A stretch of DNA of 64,000 nt from Chloroflexota bacterium (lineage in GTDB: Bacteria; Chloroflexota; Limnocylindria; Limnocylindrales; CSP1-4), in NCBI GenBank assembly GCA_045804645.1, contig JBJMMR010000041.1:9474-73473 (forward strand), read 5' to 3'. Positions 37,780 to 47,681 of the stretch are shown one piece after another. A program made the position numbers and the translations under genes. Numbering within the stretch: position 1 is the stretch's first letter; the number at the start of each line of letters is the position of its first letter. The notes under the pieces were generated by a model. That model worked only from the letters and a program-made list of their open reading frames with translations, was not told where the DNA came from and did not search any database.

Positions 37780-38864
37780 CGTTCGCTGAGCCGCTCCTTC
37801 TGATCGCGCTGCTCGGCGTCCCGCTGGCGGTGCTCGGGTACCTGTACGTCCAGCGACGCCGGTCGCGCTACGCGGTGCGCTTCACGAACGTGGACCTTCT
37901 CGCGAACCTCGTCCCGAAGACGCCGGCCTGGCGGCGACATGTCCCGCCGGCGCTGTATGTGGCAGCGATGGCGGCCCTCGTGATCGCTCTCGCTCGACCG
38001 TCAGCGATGGTCGCCGTCCCGCGGGAGGACGCGACGATCATCCTCGCGATGGACACGTCGGGCTCGATGATGGCGACCGACGTCGCGCCGTCGCGGCTGG
38101 CAAGCGCGAAGCAGGCCGCCGCCACCTTCGTCGACGCATTGCCGCCGGCGTTCCAGGTCGGCCTCGTGACCTTCTCGACGTCCGCGCAGGTCGCGGTGCG
38201 ACCGACCAACGATCGCGCCGAGATCCACGCGGCGCTCGACTCGCTCGTCGCTGAGGGCGGCACAGCGCTCGGCGACGCGATCGGAACGTCGACCGATCTG
38301 GCCCGCGAGGTGATCGATACCGCCGCAGTGGCGGGCGGCTCGACCGGCGCGTCGGCTGCACCGTCGCCGGATCCGAGCGCGTCGAGCCAGCCCTCGGTCT
38401 CACCGGATCCCAGCGGCTCCCCCTCAGCGTCGACATCGCCGTCGAACGACGGGGAGCCGCCGCTGGTCGCGACGGTCCTGCTCTCCGACGGCTCCAATTC
38501 GACAGGGACGCTCGAGCCTGACGCGGCCGCCCGGGAGGCGGCGTCGATCGGGATGCCCGTCTACACGATCGCGCTTGGCACGGCCGACGGCGTCGTGACC
38601 GTCCAGGACGAGTTCGGGATGCCCCACACCGTCGAAGTACCACCCGATACGGACACCCTGGCGGCGATCGCCGAGACGACCGGCGCCCGGTCATTCCAGG
38701 CACCGACGGCCAGCGACCTCCAGCAGATCTACGAGAGCCTCGGCTCACGCGTCGGCACACGCGACGAACCGCAAGAGGTGACCCAATGGTTCGCCGCCGC
38801 AGGCCTCGCGCTGATGGTCGGCGGGGCCGCGCTTGCCGCTCATTGGTTCAACCGGTTCCCGTGA
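37776..38864 (+). CDS. VWA domain membrane protein (BatA-like)
   Basis: N-terminal TMs, MIDAS DTSGS, GTALGD, LLSDG and a C-terminal TM. Confidence 0.92.
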   Translation: MTFAEPLLLIALLGVPLAVLGYLYVQRRRSRYAVRFTNVDLLANLVPKTPAWRRHVPPALYVAAMAALVIALARPSAMVAVPREDATIILAMDTSGSMMATDVAPSRLASAKQAAATFVDALPPAFQVGLVTFSTSAQVAVRPTNDRAEIHAALDSLVAEGGTALGDAIGTSTDLAREVIDTAAVAGGSTGASAAPSPDPSASSQPSVSPDPSGSPSASTSPSNDGEPPLVATVLLSDGSNSTGTLEPDAAAREAASIGMPVYTIALGTADGVVTVQDEFGMPHTVEVPPDTDTLAAIAETTGARSFQAPTASDLQQIYESLGSRVGTRDEPQEVTQWFAAAGLALMVGGAALAAHWFNRFP

Positions 38865-38978
38865 TCCTCACGACCGTGACGCCCGGAAACGAGGTGGGAA
38901 TGACCTGACCCGCCGTTGAGCGCCCACACGATCTTCGATCTCCGACCGACCCATCGTGCATCACAAGGAGACAAACCT

Positions 38979-39371
38979 ATGGCCTGGGAAGATCTCGAGA
39001 CGCGGGCGCCCGCGACGTCCGCGCCGACCGCTCCAACCGTGTCGCGTGTGCGACGACCGGAGGGTCTGCGGCGCGCGCTCCTCACCGCCGGGATCGCGGG
39101 TGCGCTGCTCGTGACCGGCGGCGTCGCCGTCGTGTTCGCGGCGAGCCCTGATCCTTCGGCGCCACCACCGTCGGCGACCATGCCGGACGCGTCGAGCGGT
39201 GGTAGCACGGCCCCGGCTGGTGGTACGAGCGCTCCGTCACAGGGTCGTCAGGGTCATGGCGGCCAGCCCTGCCCGGACGGCGGGAACGGTTCGAGCGGTT
39301 CCAAGGGCTCGGGTGGGTCCGGCGATCAGTCGGGGCAGCCGGCGCCGGACACGACAGCGCCCGCCACCTAG
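38979..39371 (+). CDS. Small secreted/membrane low-complexity protein
   Basis: AAGGAG RBS, hydrophobic segment, Gly/Ser/Pro-rich region with HGGQPCP. Confidence 0.65.
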   Translation: MAWEDLETRAPATSAPTAPTVSRVRRPEGLRRALLTAGIAGALLVTGGVAVVFAASPDPSAPPPSATMPDASSGGSTAPAGGTSAPSQGRQGHGGQPCPDGGNGSSGSKGSGGSGDQSGQPAPDTTAPAT

Positions 39372-40336
39372 TCGAGCGGCGCGGCGCCGGGCGGCCGATC
39401 GGAACGACCGCCCGGCGTCTTCATGTCATGGACCGGCGACGGCGGCAGGACCTCGGCGACCCGCCCGAGGACATCGAGGAAGCCGGCGACCGGTCCTGAC
39501 GGCGGGCCGATATCGCGCCGGCGGATGGCGACGATGCGCCGGCGGATCGGTGCGGCGCCCTCGATGTCGATGGCGCGCAATCGACCGTCAAGAAGCTCCG
39601 ACGCGACGGACGTATGCGGCAGGAGCGCCACACCCAAGCCCTGGCCGACCATCTGCTTCGCGGCGTCGATGTTGTCGAGCTCCATGATCCCGCTCGGCGC
39701 GACGCCGGCCTCGCGGAAGAACGCGTTGGTGAGCTCGTAGTAGCTCGACGTCCTGTCGAAGAGGATGAGGCGCGCACTCTCCAGCTCGTGGACGCCGACC
39801 GTCGACCGTTCGCCGAGGTGGTGGCTGCCCGCAGCGACGAGCACCAGTTCGTCCTCGTACAGCGGGACCGCGTCGATGTCAGGGTGACGCAGCTCCCGGA
39901 CGAGCCCGAGGTCGATCTCGCGCCGAACGGCGAGGTCGAGGATCTCCTCCGAGTGGCCGGTGCGGACGACGAGCCGCACGTTGGGAAAGTCGCGTGCGTA
40001 GCGGACCAGGAGTAGCGGCAAGACGTACGTGCTCACCGCGGGAGCCGCGCCGAGGACCAATTCGCCGGTGCCGCCACGTCGGAGCTCCGTGAGCAGGTTG
40101 GCGCCCGCGTCGAGCGCGCTCATCGCCCGCTCGGCGTAGGGCAGGAATGCGCGCCCCGCGTCGGTCAGGTCCATCCCGTGTCGGGCGCGCACGAAAAGCG
40201 CCGTCCCGAGCTCGGATTCGAGCGCCTGGATCCGTGCGGTGAGCGCGGGCTGCGTCACGTGCAGCGCGTCCGCGGCCCGGCTCATGTTTCGATGCCGGGC
40301 CGTCTCCAGGAACCCCTCGATCTGACTGAGTAGCAC
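39368..40336 (-). CDS. LysR family transcriptional regulator
   Basis: SRAADALHVTQPALTARIQALE HTH followed by a substrate-binding domain. Confidence 0.95.
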   Translation of the reverse strand: MLLSQIEGFLETARHRNMSRAADALHVTQPALTARIQALESELGTALFVRARHGMDLTDAGRAFLPYAERAMSALDAGANLLTELRRGGTGELVLGAAPAVSTYVLPLLLVRYARDFPNVRLVVRTGHSEEILDLAVRREIDLGLVRELRHPDIDAVPLYEDELVLVAAGSHHLGERSTVGVHELESARLILFDRTSSYYELTNAFFREAGVAPSGIMELDNIDAAKQMVGQGLGVALLPHTSVASELLDGRLRAIDIEGAAPIRRRIVAIRRRDIGPPSGPVAGFLDVLGRVAEVLPPSPVHDMKTPGGRSDRPPGAAPLD

Positions 40337-40354
40337 CGGTTCATGCTACGGCAG

Positions 40355-40373
40355 ATATCAATGCTTTTGATAT
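40355..40373. promoter_or_regulatory. LysR-type recognition site
   Basis: Palindrome ATATCAA-N5-TTGATAT (contains T-N11-A) in the divergent intergenic region. Confidence 0.7.
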
Positions 40374-40468
40374 ACGACATCACATCATTCGATTGGACTG
40401 ATGGCTGACGGGCGTCTAGCCTTGCCGCCTCGCCAGCCCCCGGTGGCGTCGAAGCGGGAGACACAGGT

Positions 40469-40729
40469 ATGAATCCGACCGCAGTCCCGAGCCGGATCAC
40501 GATCGACTTCCGGGACGCTGCGTTGCCATCGCGAACGTGGATCCTCGGGGTCGACGAAGCCGCGACGGCTCGCATGGAGCTGATCGCCTTCGAGGACCGG
40601 GCGGGCCGGGACGAGGTCCCGCAGCCGCCCTCCGTGGCGGCTCAGGTGCCCGCGAGCGTCACGCCATCGGCGCTGACGGCGGACTGCCTGTGCCCCGAGT
40701 TCTGCGAACGCGATCACGCGAACGAGTAA
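40469..40729 (+). CDS. Small protein with C-terminal CxCPxFCxRDH motif
   Basis: GGGAG RBS, 86 aa, ends 12 nt before the isocitrate lyase gene. Confidence 0.65.
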   Translation: MNPTAVPSRITIDFRDAALPSRTWILGVDEAATARMELIAFEDRAGRDEVPQPPSVAAQVPASVTPSALTADCLCPEFCERDHANE

Positions 40730-40741
40730 GCGAGGCCCAGC

Positions 40742-41905
40742 ATGACCGCCCTCGAGCCCCGCGTCGTACGAGGTCAGCCCGACATCGTCCCCACGCCGCT
40801 TCTGCCACCCGGGTTCGGCGTCCCACCGACCCGCTGGATCCACCCGTCGGTCCGGATGCGCGAGCTTCTCCGCACCGAGCCGTATCTGTTCGGCCCGGGT
40901 GTGTACGACCCGATGGGTGCTCAGCTCGTGATGCATCACGGCTTCAAAGCCGTGTACTTCTCGGGCTACTCATTCGCGATCGGGCATCTCGGGACGACTG
41001 ACATGGATCTGTACAGTGGGCCGGAGATCGCCGACGGCGCCCGACGGACCGTCTCTGCCCTGCGCAAATACCAGCTGACGGCGGCGGTCGGCGACCCGGA
41101 GAAGGGCGTCGCCCCGCGTCATCTCGACATCCCACCCGTCATCGTCGACATGGACGCGGGCTACGGGAACATCTTCAACGTCCAGCGGCAGACAGAGCTC
41201 CTCGTCAACGGGGGCGTGGCCGCGGCGCATCTCGAGGACCAGGTCTTGCCGAAGCGCTGCGGGCACATCGGTGGGAAGGCACTCGTCCCTGCCACGGAGA
41301 TGATCGGCAAGCTCCGGATGATGCGCGCCGTCGCCGACGACCTCGGCAACCCCGAGTTCGTCGTCATCGCCCGGACCGACGGCCTCTCCGCGGTCGATGC
41401 GCCGCAGTCGGAGCGTGGCATGGACCTTGCCATCGACCGCGGCCTGCGCTACCTCGATAGCGGTGTGCCGGATCTGCTGTGGTGCGAGTTCCCCACGTCG
41501 GACCGAGGGCCCGTCGAGACGTTCTCGACCGAGATCCGGAAGCGCTACCCAGAGGCACGCTTCGCGTTCAACTACTCGAGCTCGTTCAAGTGGTTCAACG
41601 ACCCGGAGCCGATGACGTTCGCGGAGCTGGGCGAGATGGGCGTGGGGTTCATCTTCATCACGCTCGGCGGGCAGCACGCGACGGGCCACGGCCTCTCGAC
41701 GCTCCTGTCCGCGATGGCCGAGCGCCAGGAACAGGGCTACATCGAGCTCCAGCGACGCGAGTGGGAGCCAGGCGCCGACATCCCGACGCGTTCGCACCAC
41801 CAGTTCAGCGGCGTTCCGTACCACCACCTCGTCGGCACGGCCTACGACGCGGCCCGCCTCGGGACGGAGTTCGTCGAAGCGCTGCCTGACGAAAAGGTCG
41901 TCTAG
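40742..41905 (+). CDS. aceA: Isocitrate lyase (ICL/PEP mutase family, short haloarchaeal-like type)
   Basis: EDQ..PKRCGH, ARTD, AFNYSSSF.W and FITL.G.H. Confidence 0.75.
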   Translation: MTALEPRVVRGQPDIVPTPLLPPGFGVPPTRWIHPSVRMRELLRTEPYLFGPGVYDPMGAQLVMHHGFKAVYFSGYSFAIGHLGTTDMDLYSGPEIADGARRTVSALRKYQLTAAVGDPEKGVAPRHLDIPPVIVDMDAGYGNIFNVQRQTELLVNGGVAAAHLEDQVLPKRCGHIGGKALVPATEMIGKLRMMRAVADDLGNPEFVVIARTDGLSAVDAPQSERGMDLAIDRGLRYLDSGVPDLLWCEFPTSDRGPVETFSTEIRKRYPEARFAFNYSSSFKWFNDPEPMTFAELGEMGVGFIFITLGGQHATGHGLSTLLSAMAERQEQGYIELQRREWEPGADIPTRSHHQFSGVPYHHLVGTAYDAARLGTEFVEALPDEKVV

Positions 41906-42744
41906 CGGGAACGGATCCCGGACGCGTACACGATCGCGACTGTGAACCGCAGCTCCTCCGGATCGAGGCCCATGAGACGCTCGCGGAGGAGCACGAGGAA
42001 CCGCCGGCGCTCGCGGCGGTCCATCTCGTCAAAGAGCGATACCTCGTCGAAGTCGGTCAGGAACGCCATGTAGCTCTCGACCGTGTATGTGTAGTCGAGC
42101 ATGGCGCGCGACCCATCGACGTCGCGGAACCCTGCCCGGCGCAGCTCCCCGATCGCCCGCTCGACGGACGGGATGTCGCCGGTCCGCGGGCGATCCTCCT
42201 CGTCCTCGAACCCGAACTCATCGAGGAGGCCGTCGAAGATCCTGTCGGGCTTGAAGGCGCGCTCGTCGACCAGCCAGGTGACGTAGGCGAAACGGCCGCC
42301 CGGACGAAGGACACGTCGGACCTCGCGGAGGACCTTCGCCCGGTTCGGGACGAGCTGCAGGACGAACGACGACATCGCCACGTCAAAGGATCCGTCCGGG
42401 TAGGGCATGTCGCCCGCGAAGGAGACCGTTCCAGTGAACCGGCGGCGCCGGTCACCACCCTCGTCCGCGACTAGCGCTTCGACCGCGCCGATCATCTCGC
42501 GCGAGGCATCGAGACCCGTTACGCGGATGTGCGGCCAGCGGGCCAGGGCGGGCCGCGTCAGGTTGCCCGTACCGACGCCGATATCGAGGACATCGACGGC
42601 GCCGGCGTCGATGGTCGGCGCGAGCTGGTCGAGCAGGACGTGGGCGCTCGGCGCAAGGACGGGCGCCCACCACCGGTCATATCCCGCGGCCCACTCGTCG
42701 AATCTGCGGGCCTGGGCCTCTTCCTGCTCGATGGGGTCGGTCAT
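41902..42744 (-). CDS. Class I SAM-dependent methyltransferase
   Basis: VLDIGVGTG, FDVA and RVLRPGG. Confidence 0.9.
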   Translation of the reverse strand: MTDPIEQEEAQARRFDEWAAGYDRWWAPVLAPSAHVLLDQLAPTIDAGAVDVLDIGVGTGNLTRPALARWPHIRVTGLDASREMIGAVEALVADEGGDRRRRFTGTVSFAGDMPYPDGSFDVAMSSFVLQLVPNRAKVLREVRRVLRPGGRFAYVTWLVDERAFKPDRIFDGLLDEFGFEDEEDRPRTGDIPSVERAIGELRRAGFRDVDGSRAMLDYTYTVESYMAFLTDFDEVSLFDEMDRRERRRFLVLLRERLMGLDPEELRFTVAIVYASGIRSR

Positions 42745-42813
42745 GACCACATCGTGCCATGACCCGGTCGGCGCTCCGCGGGAGGCGAGCCCTCGCGGTG
42801 CGCCGGACCGCCG

Positions 42814-43770
42814 TTACCCGGCGGCCGCCGCGTCCCCCGGTCGGCGGCCGATCCGGATGCCGAATCGACGGAGGACGACGACGCTCGTGACCGTGATAGC
42901 GCCGATCAGGAGCAGGACCGGTAGCCAGACGATCGCGAACCAGATACCCGCTGTCGTCAGTGCCTGGGCGATGTCCACCAAGCTGGCGGTGGCCTCGTCG
43001 ACGACCTTCGCCGGCTCCCACCGATCGGTCGCGACCTGGACCGCGACGACCGGGGTGGCATAGCTCGCGGTCAGGGTCGCGTAGGACGCCTGATCGTTCA
43101 GCTGCTTCAGCTGGGCCGAGAGCTGCTCGATCTGCCCTCGGACGTTCGTCAGCTGACCCTCGACCTCGAGGACGTCGGAGATCCTCGTCGCGCGGGCGGA
43201 GATCGCCTGCAGTGCGGCCTCGCTGGCCTGCAGGTTCTTGATCCGTGCCTCGAGGTCGACCACGGCGCCCGTGACCTCGACGGCGTCCGTGTTCTCCGAC
43301 ACGACCTTGCCGCCGTCGCCCGTCAGGCCTCTCAGCAGATCGAGCGCGTCCTCCCAACGGTCGACGGGGACGCGGTACGTCACGCTCGCGATCGGGCTGT
43401 CGCCGACAGACTGTGTCTGCGAGGCGCCGATGTAACCGCCCATCGCTCGGATACCGTTCCGCGCCGCGGTCAACGCGGTCGGGACATCGGTGACCTGGAG
43501 ATCGATCGTCCCGGTCCGGACGATCTTCGCGTCGTCGACGAGCTGGCCGACCTGGTCCGGGTCGGTCTGTTCGCCGTTCGGTGCCTGGTCCGGTTGCCCT
43601 GCGGCGGCGCTCGGGGCCGCGCTCGGCGCCCCGCCGTATCCCGTCCCGTCGCCGGGTGGGACGGGGTTGCCCACGGTCGCCGCGCCGCCGGCTGATGCGC
43701 AGCCGACGAGGGTGACGATGGAGAGGGCGAGGAGGGGGCCGAGGATCAAGGATGTTCGGTTGGCACGCAT
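42814..43770 (-). CDS. DUF4349 domain lipoprotein
   Basis: LVGC lipobox, KIVRTG..L.V, YRVP, coiled coil and a C-terminal TM. Confidence 0.85.
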   Translation of the reverse strand: MRANRTSLILGPLLALSIVTLVGCASAGGAATVGNPVPPGDGTGYGGAPSAAPSAAAGQPDQAPNGEQTDPDQVGQLVDDAKIVRTGTIDLQVTDVPTALTAARNGIRAMGGYIGASQTQSVGDSPIASVTYRVPVDRWEDALDLLRGLTGDGGKVVSENTDAVEVTGAVVDLEARIKNLQASEAALQAISARATRISDVLEVEGQLTNVRGQIEQLSAQLKQLNDQASYATLTASYATPVVAVQVATDRWEPAKVVDEATASLVDIAQALTTAGIWFAIVWLPVLLLIGAITVTSVVVLRRFGIRIGRRPGDAAAAG

Positions 43771-43935
43771 CGCGCGTCCTCCGTGCAGTACGCCCGCGGC
43801 CTGATGGTCGCGGGCGGCACCCGCCGGACGTCCCTGCCTCGTCGGCGGTTCCGCGGGCGGCGACTCGGTCGGGTCCGCCGACGGCCCGGGCGCTCGGCGC
43901 CGACCGTCAGCGGGTGCCTCGCCTACACTCGCCGC

Positions 43936-45030
43936 ATGGCACTCGATCTGCCCGTCACCCCGCCCGTCGAGCCGATGCTGGCGAAGGCGATCGACGGACT
44001 GCCTGACGGTGACGGCTGGCTCTACGAGCCCAAGTGGGACGGGTTCCGAGCGATCGTCTTCCGCGACGGCGATGAGGTGTACACACAGTCGCGCGACCTG
44101 AAGCCCCTCGACCGCTACTTCCCGGAGCTCGCCGATCCGCTCCGTGCAGCCCTCCCGAAGCGCGCCGTCGTCGACGGCGAGGTGGTCATCGCACGTGACG
44201 GGTCGCTGGATTTCGAGGCGTTGCTGCTGCGGATCCATCCAGCGGCCTCGCGCGTGAACATGCTGGCGGCGGAGTCGCCGGCGAGCTTCGTCGCGTGGGA
44301 CCTCCTTGCTCTCGACGACGAAGACCTGCGCGACGTTCCGCAGGGCGAGCGCCGATCACGGCTCGAGACGGTGCTAAAGGCCGTCCAGCCGCCCGTCCAC
44401 CTGACGCCGGCAACGACCGACAGGACAACGGCGGGCGACTGGTTCGAACGGTTCGAGGGTGCCGGTCTCGATGGCGTCGTGGCAAAGCGACTCGAAGCCG
44501 GCTACCAGCCGGGCAAGCGGGCGATGCTCAAGATCAAGCATCAGCGCACGGCCGATTGCGTCGTCGCCGGGTTCCGGTGGCACAAGAACGGCCCCGGTAC
44601 GCATGTCGGGTCGCTGCTTCTGGGACTGTACGACGACGCCGGCAAGCTGAATCATGTCGGCATCACGTCGTCGTTCTCATGGGACCGACGCGCCGCCCTC
44701 GCCGAGGAACTGGCACCCCTCCGCAAGGACGCCGTCGACGGCCACCCCTGGCGGGAGTGGGCAGAGTGGGCAGGCTGGGGTGATGCCGAGGCGTCGGGAC
44801 AGCGCCTCCCGGGCGCCACGTCCCGTTGGAACCGGGGCAAGGACCTGTCCTGGGAGCCGCTACGCGCGGAACGGGTCGTCGAGGTCGCTTACGACCACCT
44901 CCAGGGGAGCCGCTTCCGCCACGGGACGACGTTCAAGCGCTGGCGGCCGGACAAGCCGCCCGAGGCGTGCCGCTACGACCAGCTCGAGACGACCGTGCCG
45001 TTCGAGCTCGAGGCGATCTTCGGGAGTTGA
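43936..45030 (+). CDS. ligC: ATP-dependent DNA ligase (LigC type)
   Basis: YEPKWDGFR, DGEVV, DGVVAK and RFRHG..RWRPDK. Confidence 0.88.
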   Translation: MALDLPVTPPVEPMLAKAIDGLPDGDGWLYEPKWDGFRAIVFRDGDEVYTQSRDLKPLDRYFPELADPLRAALPKRAVVDGEVVIARDGSLDFEALLLRIHPAASRVNMLAAESPASFVAWDLLALDDEDLRDVPQGERRSRLETVLKAVQPPVHLTPATTDRTTAGDWFERFEGAGLDGVVAKRLEAGYQPGKRAMLKIKHQRTADCVVAGFRWHKNGPGTHVGSLLLGLYDDAGKLNHVGITSSFSWDRRAALAEELAPLRKDAVDGHPWREWAEWAGWGDAEASGQRLPGATSRWNRGKDLSWEPLRAERVVEVAYDHLQGSRFRHGTTFKRWRPDKPPEACRYDQLETTVPFELEAIFGS

Positions 45031-45683
45031 CGGTGGATGCCTGCGGCTGCGACGGTGGCTTCGAGATCTTCGACGAACAGAGCGCCGAGGAGGACCTCGA
45101 GCGCTATCGAGGACACGGACCGGACGACACGACGGCGATGCTTGTCGCCATGATCCGCGAACGCGGCGTCGACGGCTCCACCGTGCTCGACATCGGCGGC
45201 GGGATCGGCGTCATCGATCATGAGCTGCTCGGCGCCGGCGCCGGGCACGCCGTTCTCGTCGACGCATCGCCGCCAGCCGTGCAGGCCGCCCGTGGCGAGG
45301 CACGACGGCGGGGCACGCTCGACCGCCTCGAGTGCGTGGACGGTGATTTCGTATCACGCGCGGCGACTGTCGACGTGGCGGACATCGTGACCCTCGATCG
45401 CGTCATCTGCTGCTATCCGGACGTCGAGTCGCTGGTCCGTTTGTCGGCGACGCGAGCTCGTTCGCTGTACGGGCTGGTGCTCCCGCGCGATCGACGCGTG
45501 CTGCGATGGGCGTTGCCGCTGCTCAACGTCTGGTTCCGTATCCGCGGGTTCCGGTACCGGACCTTCCTCCACTCGAACGCCAGGGTGGACAAGCTCGTCG
45601 CGGAGGCTGGTTTGAGACCCGTCCGCGAGCAGGGAACGTTCGTCTGGCGGGTCGTCTTGTACGAGCGGCCGGCCGCCGTCTGA
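45027..45683 (+). CDS. SAM-dependent methyltransferase
   Basis: VLDIGGGIG and LDRVICCYPD; TTGA overlap with the ligase gene. Confidence 0.85.
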   Translation: MTVDACGCDGGFEIFDEQSAEEDLERYRGHGPDDTTAMLVAMIRERGVDGSTVLDIGGGIGVIDHELLGAGAGHAVLVDASPPAVQAARGEARRRGTLDRLECVDGDFVSRAATVDVADIVTLDRVICCYPDVESLVRLSATRARSLYGLVLPRDRRVLRWALPLLNVWFRIRGFRYRTFLHSNARVDKLVAEAGLRPVREQGTFVWRVVLYERPAAV

Positions 45684-45851
45684 TCGCAAAGCGGCGGCGA
45701 GCCCCTGCGTCCGGCGTTTTCGCGGTGCGTCGCGACCACATCCGTGCTCAGCGACGTCCGCGTACCGGACCTTCGTCCCATGGGGTCCCGCCCATCGCCG
45801 TGCCTAGAGTCCGACGCACTCACACCCCTTCGCGTCGAGGTTCCGAGACAG

Positions 45852-47681
45852 TTGTTCGGCACTCGGGTGCGGGCCCCACGGCCCGTCCTTCTGATCCTGG
45901 TCTACGGCGCCTTCCTGGCAGTCGTCGGGGCGGCCGCGACGGCGCAGTCGATCCTGGTCGGCGCGCACTTCAACTCGGCGACGCTGACCGGTCTCGTCGG
46001 CAGTGACGCGGCGACCGTCCGCGCCTTCGTCAACGCCTACGTCCCACCCGCTGACCTGACATCGGCGCGCTCGCTGACGGACGCTGAGGTCGGCCGTCTC
46101 GAGGCCCAGCTTGCGACATTGCCACGTGCCGGAGAGATCCTCCGCGTCGAGATCCGACGTGCTGACGGCACGATCGTCGCCTCGACCGAGCCCGGCCTCT
46201 CCGGGAGGGCTGTCCTGCAGAACGCCGAGACTCGAGCCGCGCTAACAGGCCAGGCCCAGGCGGCCATCGGCGCCGCGGCAGACGCAGGCGCCGGATCGGC
46301 TACCTTCGCGTCGCCGACGGTGCTTCGCGAGCTGCTGCCCCTCAAGGTCGGTGACGATGTGCTTGGCGTGGTCGGGGTGTGGCGTGACGCCGTCCCGATC
46401 CTCGCCCGCCTCGAGGACATGCGCCGCGCGATCCTGCTGGTCACCGTCTCGGCGGGGATCGTCGCAGCCGCGCTGCTCTTCCTCGTGTTCCGCTCGGCGC
46501 AGGCGCGCCTGACTCGCCAGACCGAGGCCCTCCTCGACTCGACGCGCCGCGACCCGCTCACGGACACCCTCAATCACGGTGCGCTCGTCGGGCTGGTCGC
46601 CCAGGCCATCGAGCGTGGGCGCGCCGACGTCCGCCCGATCGGCATCGCGCTCATCGACATCGACAACTTCCGACTGCTCAACGACAACCACGGTCACGCC
46701 GCAGGTGATGAGGCCCTCCTGGCCGTCGCGAGCACGCTCCGCACCCACATCGATGCTGCGATCGAGTTCGGCCGCTACGGGCCGGACGAGTTCCTGCTGA
46801 TCGCACCCCCGGTCGCCGTCGCGCAGCTCGAGCGCGTCATCGAACGACTGCGCGGGGCGCTCCTCGACCTGAGCCTGCGGTTCGACGAGACCGAACGCCT
46901 GCCGATCACCGTGAGCGTCGGCATCGCGACGTATCCGGACCATGCGTCATCCGCGACGGGCCTCCTCGCGTCGGCGGCGGGGGTCCTCGAGGAAGCCAAG
47001 GCGAGCGGCGGTGACACGGTGCGGTTCGCGGGCACAGAGCGGGACGAGGCGACCACGAGCCCGAGCTTCGATGTCCTGCAGGGCCTGGTGACCGCGATCG
47101 ATACCAAGGACCGCTACACGAAGCGGCACTCGGAGGACGTGGCGCGCTACGCGACGTTCATCGGCCGACGTCTGGGGCTCGCTCCCGAGGAGCTGCATAC
47201 GATCGAAGTCGCCGGTCGCCTGCACGACATCGGGAAGATCGGCATCCCCGACGTGATCCTCCGCAAGCCCGGGAGCCTCACCGAAGCCGAGTACGCCATC
47301 GTCCAGCAACACGTGGCGCTCGGCGACATGATCGTCCGCGACCTGCCAGACATCGAGGCCGTTCGCGCCGGGATCCGCCATCACCACGAGCGGTGGGATG
47401 GCAAGGGCTACCTCGACCGTCTGGAAGGCGAGCGGATCCCTCGGATCGCCCGGATCCTCGCCGTCGCCGACGCGTTCTCGGCGATGACGACGACGCGCCC
47501 CTATCGGAAGGCGCTCGACGTCCGAGAGGCGCTGGGGCGTCTCGGCGACGCCGCCGGGACACAGCTCGACGAGGCCCTCGTCGCCGCATTCGTCGACGGG
47601 ATCGAGCACGATGTCAACCCGCCGCTGCCGGGCGAAGTCACCGGGGCCACGGTCATCGCACATCCGCGTCGGGTCGCGTGA
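45852..47681 (+). CDS. Membrane GGDEF plus HD-GYP protein (c-di-GMP turnover)
   Basis: Two TM segments; DPLT, DIDNF..NDNHGH, RYGPDEF; LHDIGK and HHERWDGKGY. Confidence 0.92.
   Translation: MFGTRVRAPRPVLLILVYGAFLAVVGAAATAQSILVGAHFNSATLTGLVGSDAATVRAFVNAYVPPADLTSARSLTDAEVGRLEAQLATLPRAGEILRVEIRRADGTIVASTEPGLSGRAVLQNAETRAALTGQAQAAIGAAADAGAGSATFASPTVLRELLPLKVGDDVLGVVGVWRDAVPILARLEDMRRAILLVTVSAGIVAAALLFLVFRSAQARLTRQTEALLDSTRRDPLTDTLNHGALVGLVAQAIERGRADVRPIGIALIDIDNFRLLNDNHGHAAGDEALLAVASTLRTHIDAAIEFGRYGPDEFLLIAPPVAVAQLERVIERLRGALLDLSLRFDETERLPITVSVGIATYPDHASSATGLLASAAGVLEEAKASGGDTVRFAGTERDEATTSPSFDVLQGLVTAIDTKDRYTKRHSEDVARYATFIGRRLGLAPEELHTIEVAGRLHDIGKIGIPDVILRKPGSLTEAEYAIVQQHVALGDMIVRDLPDIEAVRAGIRHHHERWDGKGYLDRLEGERIPRIARILAVADAFSAMTTTRPYRKALDVREALGRLGDAAGTQLDEALVAAFVDGIEHDVNPPLPGEVTGATVIAHPRRVA

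Noticed and set aside
45027-45683. Mg-protoporphyrin methyltransferase (bchM) suggesting phototrophy
   Set aside because: Only a generic family resemblance; there are no bch/puf genes nearby.
45684-45850. c-di-GMP riboswitch upstream of the GGDEF/HD-GYP gene
   Set aside because: A GCAAAG is present, but I could not build the P1/P2 tetraloop-receptor architecture.
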